Source: Paracoccus suum (GTDB lineage Bacteria; Pseudomonadota; Alphaproteobacteria; Rhodobacterales; Rhodobacteraceae). Taken from it: a DNA stretch of 32,000 nucleotides. Positions 26,104 through 32,000 of this stretch are shown here, piece by piece. Every line of letters begins with the position of its first letter. The first letter of the stretch is position 1. The translations under genes and the position numbers were made by a program. The DNA lies in NCBI RefSeq assembly GCF_003324675.1, contig NZ_CP030918.1:1320001-1352000 (forward strand), written 5' to 3'. Below the pieces are notes generated by a model. The model searched no databases. It worked only from the letters and a program-made list of their open reading frames with translations, and was not told the origin of the DNA.

Positions 26104-27384
26104 ATGTCGCTTCTGGTGATGAAATTCGGCGGCACATCGGTCGCTGACCTCGAGCGCATCGCCAATGCCGCCCAAAAGGTGTGCCGCGAGGTCGAGCGCG
26201 GCCACGAGGTGATCGTCATCGTCAGCGCCATGTCCGGCAAGACCAACGAACTGGTCGGCTATGTCGAGGAAACTTCCCGGCTTTACGACGCCCGCGAATA
26301 TGATGCCGTGGTCAGCAGCGGCGAGAATATCACCGCGGGCCTGATGGCCCTGCGGCTGCAGGAACTGGGTGTGCCGGCGCGCAGCTGGCAGGGCTGGCAG
26401 GTGCCGATCAACACCACCTCGGCCCATGGCGCGGCGCGGTTCCTGTCGATCCCGCGCGACAACCTGGACGCCAAGTTCCGCGAGGGCATGAAGGTCGCCG
26501 TGGTCGCCGGCTTTCAAGGGATCGCCCCGGACGGCCGCGTGACGACGCTGGGTCGCGGCGGCTCTGATACGACAGCCGTCGCCTTCGCCGCCGCGTTCGA
26601 GGCCGAGCGCTGCGACATCTACACCGACGTTGACGGCATCTACACCACCGACCCGCGCATCGCCCGCAAGGCCCGCAAGCTGGACCGCATCGCTTTCGAG
26701 GAAATGCTGGAACTCGCGTCCCTCGGCGCCAAGGTCCTGCAGACCCGCAGCGTCGAGTTGGCAATGCGCTACAAGGTGCGGCTGCGCGTTCTTTCCTCGT
26801 TCGAGGATACCGACGAGACCTCGGGCACCCTGGTCTGCGATGAGGAGGAAATCATGGAATCCAAGGTCGTCTCGGGCGTGGCCTATTCGCGCGACGAAGC
26901 CAAGATCACGCTGGTCACGGTCGAGGACCGGCCCGGCATCTCGGCCGCGATCTTCGAGCCGCTGGCGGATGCCGGCGTGAATGTCGACATGATCGTCCAG
27001 AACATCAGCGAGCGCGACTACGAGGATCACCCGGGCGCGGTCACCGACATGACCTTCTCGATCCCGGTCAACCAAGTCGGGCGCGCCCGCAACGCGATGG
27101 AGCAGGCCCGCGCGGCCGGCAAGATCGCCTATGACGATCTTGCGGTCGATGATGACGTGGCCAAGGTCAGCGTGGTCGGCATCGGCATGCGCAGCCATAC
27201 CGGCGTCGCCGCCCGTATGTTCAAGGCGCTCGCCGACGAGAACATCAACATCAAGGTTATCGCGACATCCGAGATCAAGATTTCGGTTCTGATCGACCGG
27301 CGTTATATGGAACTGGCAGTGCAGGCGCTTCATGATGCCTTCCAGCTGGACAGGCCGGACGTGGGCGCCGATCGGACGCACTAG
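26104..27384 (+). CDS. lysC: Aspartate kinase
   Basis: 426 aa from ATG 26104. MSLLVMKFGGTSVADLERI is the kinase N-terminus, followed by ...TLGRGGSDTTAVAFAAA... The C-terminus has tandem ACT-like regions. The ORF-track start 26038 lies in the C-tract region. Confidence 0.93.
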   Translation: MSLLVMKFGGTSVADLERIANAAQKVCREVERGHEVIVIVSAMSGKTNELVGYVEETSRLYDAREYDAVVSSGENITAGLMALRLQELGVPARSWQGWQVPINTTSAHGAARFLSIPRDNLDAKFREGMKVAVVAGFQGIAPDGRVTTLGRGGSDTTAVAFAAAFEAERCDIYTDVDGIYTTDPRIARKARKLDRIAFEEMLELASLGAKVLQTRSVELAMRYKVRLRVLSSFEDTDETSGTLVCDEEEIMESKVVSGVAYSRDEAKITLVTVEDRPGISAAIFEPLADAGVNVDMIVQNISERDYEDHPGAVTDMTFSIPVNQVGRARNAMEQARAAGKIAYDDLAVDDDVAKVSVVGIGMRSHTGVAARMFKALADENINIKVIATSEIKISVLIDRRYMELAVQALHDAFQLDRPDVGADRTH

Positions 27385-27416
27385 CCGGTAGCGCGGCATG
27401 GCACGGGGAGAGGACC

Positions 27417-29672
27417 ATGGCCGAACGCAAGGACAGCGAATCCCGCAAGCTGCTGAAACGGCTGCGGGACACGCTTGCGGCGCCCGGCGACGGCCAGGCG
27501 CGGCTGGACCAGATTGCCCATCACATCGCTGATTCCATGGCGACCGAGGTCTGCTCGGTCTACCTGTTCCGCGATCCCCAGACTCTGGAGCTGTGCGCCA
27601 GCGAGGGTTTGCGCCCGGAGGCCGTCCACCACACCCGGCTACGCCTCGGCGAGGGGCTGGTCGGCCGCGTTGCCCGCAGTGGCCAGCCAGTGATGACCGC
27701 CAACGCCCCCGCGGAAAAGGGCTTTCGCTACATGCCCGAGACCGGCGAGGAGCGGTATTGCTCGTTCCTCGGCGTTCCGATCCAGCGCGTGGGCGAGCGG
27801 CTGGGCGTGCTGGTCGTGCAGTCCCGCGACGAGCGCGAGTTCACCGATGACGAGGTCTATGGCCTTGAAGTGGTCGCCATGGTGCTTGCCGAAATGGCCG
27901 AATTGGGCGCGTTCCTTGGCAACGGCGATGCGCTGTCAAAGGCACACCGCGCGCCCGTCCTGATGCGCGGCGCGACCGGGCAGGAGGGCGCGGCCGAGGG
28001 TCGGGTCTGGCTGCACGAGCCGCGCGTGGTCATCACCAACCCGGTCGGCGACGACCCGGTGCGCGAGAAGGCCCGGCTCGAGGAAGGCGTCGCGCAACTG
28101 CGTGCCCAGATTGACGCGCTGCTGGACCAGAGCGACATAGGCGAGGGGGATCACAACGAGGTTCTCGAGACGTTTCGGATGTTCACCCGCTCCAAAAGCT
28201 GGATGCGGCGCATGTCCGAGGACATCGAGCGCGGCTTGTCGGCCGAGGCCGCGGTGGAAAAGGAGCAGTCCACCGCCCGCGCCCGACTGGAGAGTGTGGC
28301 CGACCCATATCTGCGCGACCGGCTGCATGACCTCGACGATCTGTCGAACCGTCTGCTGCGGATCCTGACGGGGCAGGGGCGCGACACCGGCGCCCAGATG
28401 CCCGCCAACCCCATTCTGGTCGCGCGCAACATCGGACCGGCCGAGCTGCTGGAATACGGCCGCAAGCTGCGCGGCGTGGTCCTGGAGGAGGGGTCGGTCG
28501 GCAGCCATGCGGCGATCGTTGCGCGCAGCCTTGCGATCCCGCTGGTGATCCACGCCAGCCGCATCACACGCGAGGCGCTGAACGGCGATCCCATCCTGGT
28601 CGATGGCGACACCGGCATCGTCCACCTGCGGCCCGAGGACAGCGTTGCGGCCGCATTCCGCGACAAGCTGGCCATGCAGGAAGCCGCCAGCACGCGCTAT
28701 GCCAGCCTGCGCGATTTGCCGGCCGAAGCGTTGTGCGGCACCCGGATCGAACTATACATGAACGCCGGCCTGATGGCGGACCTGCCCTCGCTCAAGGGCT
28801 CGGGCGCCGAGGGCGTCGGTCTTTTCCGGACCGAATTGCAGTTCCTGACCCGCACCCGCGTGCCGCGCCGGACCGAACTGGCGGGTCTCTACAGCCGGGT
28901 CATCGACAACGCGCTCGGCCGCCCGGTGGTGTTCCGCACCCTCGACATCGGCAGCGACAAGGTGCTGCCCTACATGAAGCCCCAGGACGAGCCGAACCCG
29001 GCGATGGGCTGGCGCGCCATCCGCGTCGGCCTCGACAAGCGGGGCGTGTTGGGGATGCAGTTGCAGGCGCTGATCCGTGCCGCCGTGGACCGGCCGCTGC
29101 AGGTCATGTTCCCCTTCGTTGCCGATCCGACCGAGTTCGTCGCAGCCCGCGCCATGCTGATGTCTTATCTGGAGCGCGAGGCCGCGATGGGCCGGCCCCT
29201 GCCGACCGACGTCCGCGTCGGTGCCATGATCGAGACGCCCTCCATCGCCTTTGCCCCGCGCAGCTTTTTCGAGGCCTGCGATTTCGTGTCCATCGGCGGC
29301 AACGACCTGAAGCAGTTCTTCTTTGCCGCCGACCGTGAGAACGAGCGCGTGCGCCGCCGCTACGACACCATGAACACCTCGTTCCTGTCGCTGATCGAAC
29401 AGATTATTTCCCGCTGCGCCGATGCGGGAACACAACTCAGTTTTTGTGGCGAGGACGCGGGCCGCCCTGTCGAGGCAGTTACCCTCGCCGCCCTCGGCAT
29501 CCGCCGCCTGTCGATGCGCCCGGCCTCGATCGGTCCGGTCAAGAATGTGATCCGGCAGATCGACCTGGCGGCCGTGCGCACGGCAATGGACCTCGCCCGC
29601 GAACGCGGCGAGCCCAGCCTGCGCCCGGCGGTGACAGGCGTGCTGAACGAGGCGCTGCGGCTGTCACAGTAG
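27417..29672 (+). CDS. ptsP: Phosphoenolpyruvate-protein phosphotransferase EI-Ntr (GAF domain + PTS enzyme I)
   Basis: 751 aa with an N-terminal GAF-like domain. The phospho-His motif is GSHAAIVARSLAIPLV. GLFRTELQF and FVSIGGNDLKQF blocks are present. It follows lysC, an arrangement I recall as common in alphaproteobacteria. Confidence 0.92.
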   Translation: MAERKDSESRKLLKRLRDTLAAPGDGQARLDQIAHHIADSMATEVCSVYLFRDPQTLELCASEGLRPEAVHHTRLRLGEGLVGRVARSGQPVMTANAPAEKGFRYMPETGEERYCSFLGVPIQRVGERLGVLVVQSRDEREFTDDEVYGLEVVAMVLAEMAELGAFLGNGDALSKAHRAPVLMRGATGQEGAAEGRVWLHEPRVVITNPVGDDPVREKARLEEGVAQLRAQIDALLDQSDIGEGDHNEVLETFRMFTRSKSWMRRMSEDIERGLSAEAAVEKEQSTARARLESVADPYLRDRLHDLDDLSNRLLRILTGQGRDTGAQMPANPILVARNIGPAELLEYGRKLRGVVLEEGSVGSHAAIVARSLAIPLVIHASRITREALNGDPILVDGDTGIVHLRPEDSVAAAFRDKLAMQEAASTRYASLRDLPAEALCGTRIELYMNAGLMADLPSLKGSGAEGVGLFRTELQFLTRTRVPRRTELAGLYSRVIDNALGRPVVFRTLDIGSDKVLPYMKPQDEPNPAMGWRAIRVGLDKRGVLGMQLQALIRAAVDRPLQVMFPFVADPTEFVAARAMLMSYLEREAAMGRPLPTDVRVGAMIETPSIAFAPRSFFEACDFVSIGGNDLKQFFFAADRENERVRRRYDTMNTSFLSLIEQIISRCADAGTQLSFCGEDAGRPVEAVTLAALGIRRLSMRPASIGPVKNVIRQIDLAAVRTAMDLARERGEPSLRPAVTGVLNEALRLSQ

Positions 29673-29720
29673 CAGCACCGCGGCAGGCGACTGAACTGGC
29701 CGTAGCTCAGAACGGGCGCC

Positions 29721-29754
29721 GCGGATCGCGGTTCAGGGCAGGCGCGCGATCCGC
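29721..29754. terminator. Hairpin between convergent ptsP and soxR (possible bidirectional terminator)
   Basis: GCGGATCGCG (29721-29730) pairs perfectly with CGCGATCCGC (29745-29754), a 10-bp stem with a 14-nt loop. There is no clear T/A tract. Confidence 0.35.
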
Positions 29755-29833
29755 TCCCTCTGCACCGCTGGGCCGTCACGGCAGGTACTGAGGACGTGCT
29801 GTGGTGCGATATGGCGCGCCAGGGCTCCAGCTT

Positions 29834-30310
29834 TCACGGTGATCTTTCCGCGATGCCTTCCAGCAGCACCGCCCCGACGTTACCTTCCCCGAGCTTGTCG
29901 TGGGGGTTGCGAAGCGGGCAATCGCGCGTGGAAAGGCACCCGCAGCCGATGCAGGTGGTCATCTGGTCGCGCAGCCGGACCAGACTCTCGATGCGGTCGG
30001 TCAGTTGCTCGTACCACCCTGTCGCAAGTCTCTCCCAATCCTCCTGGGTCGGTATCCGCTGACCGGGCAGAGAGGACAGGGCGGTCTCGATCTCTTTGAG
30101 CGGCACCCCGGCGCGCTGCGCGACGCGGACGATGGCGATCCTTCTGAGGACAGAGCGGTCATAGCGTCGGTGATTTGCGGATGTGCGCCAGCCTTGGATC
30201 AAGCCCTCCTGCTCGTAGAAATGAACGGTCGAGACAGGCACGCCGGCCCGCCTCGCCACTTCGCCCACGGACAGATCGCGCTTGGGAAGGCGCTGGGTTG
30301 CCTGTTCCAT
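29834..30310 (-). CDS. soxR: Redox-sensitive MerR-family regulator SoxR ([2Fe-2S])
   Basis: 158 aa from ATG 30310. The MerR HTH is LSVGEVARRAGVPVSTVHFYEQEGLI. The cluster motif CIGCGCLSTRDCPLRNP (C-x2-C-x-C-x5-C) is diagnostic for SoxR. Confidence 0.88.
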   Translation of the reverse strand: MEQATQRLPKRDLSVGEVARRAGVPVSTVHFYEQEGLIQGWRTSANHRRYDRSVLRRIAIVRVAQRAGVPLKEIETALSSLPGQRIPTQEDWERLATGWYEQLTDRIESLVRLRDQMTTCIGCGCLSTRDCPLRNPHDKLGEGNVGAVLLEGIAERSP

Positions 30311-30318
30311 TTTTGCCC

Positions 30319-30349
30319 TTGACCTCAAGTATAGTTGAGGTCCTATCAA
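30319..30349 (+). promoter_or_regulatory. SoxR-box promoter with 19-bp spacer driving the FMN-reductase/MFS operon
   Basis: TTGACC (30319-30324), a 19-nt spacer, then TATCAA (30344-30349). The spacer contains the inverted repeat ACCTCAA-GTATAG-TTGAGGT (30322-30341), which matches the SoxR box core CCTCAAG...CTTGAGG. Confidence 0.72.
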
Positions 30350-30378
30350 GTCATGGAACTGGTTAAAAGGACTGTTCC

Positions 30379-30954
30379 ATGACTTCCTCCAAACTGAAGA
30401 TAGGCGTGATCTATGGCAGCGCCCGCGAGGGGCGATTCGGCGATGTGATTGGCGCCTGGTTGCTGAGCCGGCTTGAAGAGCACCCCGATGTCACGATTGA
30501 AATCATCGACCCACGAGAGATGGATACCTCGGTCCGGCACAAATCCGACACGCCTTCGGCCATCAAATTGCGTGAGGTTCTGGGCCGTTCCGATGGCTTC
30601 ATCGTGTTGGTGCCGGAATATAACCGCAGCTATCCCGCCGCGCTGAAAGCGGCACTAGACCTGGCCTATGGTGAGTGGCAGGCGAAGGCCGTCGCCTTTG
30701 TGTCCTATGGCGGTGTCTCGGGCGGATTACGCGCGGTCGAGCATCTGCGGCAGGTCTTCGCAGAGCTTCACACCGTCAGTATACGCGATGGGGTTAGCTT
30801 CCCGAATGCATGGCAGTACCGGGAGGAGAACGGCCAGTTCAATCCGCCCGCGGAGGCGGAAACGGCGCTGGCCCTCATGTTGGACAAGCTTTTCTGGTGG
30901 ACCCAGGCGCTGAAAGCCGCGCGCGCGGCCCAGCCTTACGACAAGGCGGCGTAA
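30379..30954 (+). CDS. NAD(P)H-dependent FMN reductase-family oxidoreductase
   Basis: 191 aa. The N-terminus KIGVIYGSAREGRFG is a flavodoxin-like motif, followed by ...GFIVLVPEYNRSYPAALKAALD... SD AAAAGGA lies upstream. Confidence 0.8.
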   Translation: MTSSKLKIGVIYGSAREGRFGDVIGAWLLSRLEEHPDVTIEIIDPREMDTSVRHKSDTPSAIKLREVLGRSDGFIVLVPEYNRSYPAALKAALDLAYGEWQAKAVAFVSYGGVSGGLRAVEHLRQVFAELHTVSIRDGVSFPNAWQYREENGQFNPPAEAETALALMLDKLFWWTQALKAARAAQPYDKAA

Positions 30955-30956
30955 TC

Positions 30957-32000
30957 GTGGAGCAACATCGAACCGATCCATCCTGGGCCCTGAAAGCGAC
31001 GTTGTTGGCCGTGGCGACGCTGACCATCATGTCAGGAACGGTCGTCGCGCCCGCGCTTCCTGCGATACGGCAGGCGTTCGAGGGTCAGGCGAACGTCGAA
31101 CTGATGAGCCGCATGGTGCTGACCTTGCCGGCCATTTTCGTCGTGATCTCGGCTCCGATTGCAGGCGCGTTGGCCGACCGTTACGGCCGCAAACGCCTGC
31201 TGCTGGTCTCGATCCTGCTTTACGCGGCCGCCGGCCTGGCGGGCGGGGTTTCCCAAAGCCTGCTTGGCATCCTCGTAAGCCGTGCGTTTTTCGGCCTTGC
31301 GGTCGGTGCGGTCATGACGGTTGGAACCGCACTGGTCGGCGACAATTTCGAGGGAGAGGCGCGGTCGCGCTTTTTCGGCCTGCAACAGGCGTTCACCCAG
31401 ATCGGCGGCGTGATCTTTGTCGTGGGCGGCGGTTTTCTGGCCGACCTCGACTGGCGCGCGCCGTTTCTGATCTATGGGCTCGCCCTGCCGATAGCCGTCG
31501 CTGTCATGACGGTCCTGCGCGAACCGGCCAGGGCGCAGCGCGCCGCAACTTTTTCCGGCGGAATTGAGGGCGACCAGAACTGGCCCCTTCTGGCCGTGCT
31601 GTGCCTGACTGCCTTCCTCGCGAACGCGCTGTTTTATACCGTGCCGACCCAGCTTTCATTTTATCTGAAGGATCTCGGTTATCCCAGTGCGCGGACCGTC
31701 GGCATCCTGATCGGGATATTCAATCTCGTGGCGGCAATCGCAGCACTCTCCTACGGGCGGGTCCGCAACCGGGCGAGTACGGTCGAGGTCTTTGCCGGTG
31801 CGTTCAGCCTGATGGCAGCGGGCGCGGTCGCCCTGTCCTTCGCCTATTCCTTCGCAGGATTGGTGGCGAGTCTCGCGGTCATGGGCTGCGGCCTTGGGAT
31901 GATGATGCCGAACATCATGGCTTCGGCCCTGCAGATCGCCCAACTTCGCTTGCGTGCCCGCGTAACGGGCATGACCACCGCCAGTATGTTCTTCGGGCAT
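30957..32000 (+). CDS. MFS transporter, N-terminal 348 codons (3' end beyond the window)
   Basis: This frame is absent from the ORF track because no stop is reached. My translation from GTG 30957 is VEQHRTDPSWALKATLLAVATLTIMSGTVVAPALPAIRQAFEG...APIAGALADRYGRKRLLLVSILLYAAAG. It carries MFS motif A (G-x-L-x-DR-x-GRK) and remains hydrophobic and open to base 32000. It starts 2 nt after the reductase TAA. Confidence 0.8.
   Translation, partial: MEQHRTDPSWALKATLLAVATLTIMSGTVVAPALPAIRQAFEGQANVELMSRMVLTLPAIFVVISAPIAGALADRYGRKRLLLVSILLYAAAGLAGGVSQSLLGILVSRAFFGLAVGAVMTVGTALVGDNFEGEARSRFFGLQQAFTQIGGVIFVVGGGFLADLDWRAPFLIYGLALPIAVAVMTVLREPARAQRAATFSGGIEGDQNWPLLAVLCLTAFLANALFYTVPTQLSFYLKDLGYPSARTVGILIGIFNLVAAIAALSYGRVRNRASTVEVFAGAFSLMAAGAVALSFAYSFAGLVASLAVMGCGLGMMMPNIMASALQIAQLRLRARVTGMTTASMFFGH

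Noticed and set aside
29698-29770. tRNA-like start GGCCGTAGCTCAG... downstream of ptsP
   Set aside because: No cloverleaf can be drawn: there is no complementary acceptor 3' strand, no GAGC D-stem partner, and no GGTTCGAATCC T-loop. The region instead folds as a simple 10-bp hairpin (29721-29754).
1-32000. Mobile elements, CRISPR arrays, rRNA/tRNA genes, toxin-antitoxin or defence-system genes
   Set aside because: I looked on both strands. There are no transposase/integrase-like ORFs, no spaced direct-repeat arrays, and no cloverleaf or rRNA signatures. Every sizeable non-shadow ORF is accounted for by the annotated genes.

Overview
This is a high-GC alphaproteobacterial chromosome segment. 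It is probably Rhodobacterales/Paracoccus-like; I infer that from adk following secY, the absence of rpsD/rpmJ/infA from the cluster, a bztABCD-type amino-acid ABC transporter, and a Cys4-lid Adk.

Gene content:
- Bases 1-14361 carry the distal S10-spc-alpha ribosomal-protein supercluster (rpsC' to rplQ) on the + strand.
- Downstream come a luxR/luxI quorum-sensing pair and rarA.
- Next is a crcB / RluA-family / HAD / ATP12 chain joined by 4-nt overlaps.
- A four-gene polar amino-acid ABC transporter and an EamA transporter follow.
- The window ends with lysC, ptsP (EI-Ntr), and a divergent soxR / FMN-reductase / MFS module.

I recognised no rRNA, tRNA, CRISPR array, transposase or integrase. 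All protein calls rest on remembered family motifs, ORF length and gene order. No database search was possible.

The window is mostly housekeeping, and I do not see a convincing novel multi-gene system. The unusual parts are as follows:
1. A lysine-rich DUF1801-like gene sits behind an intrinsic terminator between rplP and rpmC.
2. A 3-kb opposite-strand module splits rpmD from rplO. It holds Tat-secreted PhoX plus an unrecognised secreted Cys-rich protein whose Shine-Dalgarno is locked in a perfect 12-bp hairpin.
3. A strong terminator lies between rpsK and rpoA.
4. A lower-GC luxRI islet abuts rplQ.
5. A GGG-hexamer repeat with an adjacent C-tract block lies upstream of lysC.
6. A textbook SoxR box with a 19-bp spacer fronts an oxidoreductase/efflux operon.

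The many long antisense ORFs are high-GC artefacts.
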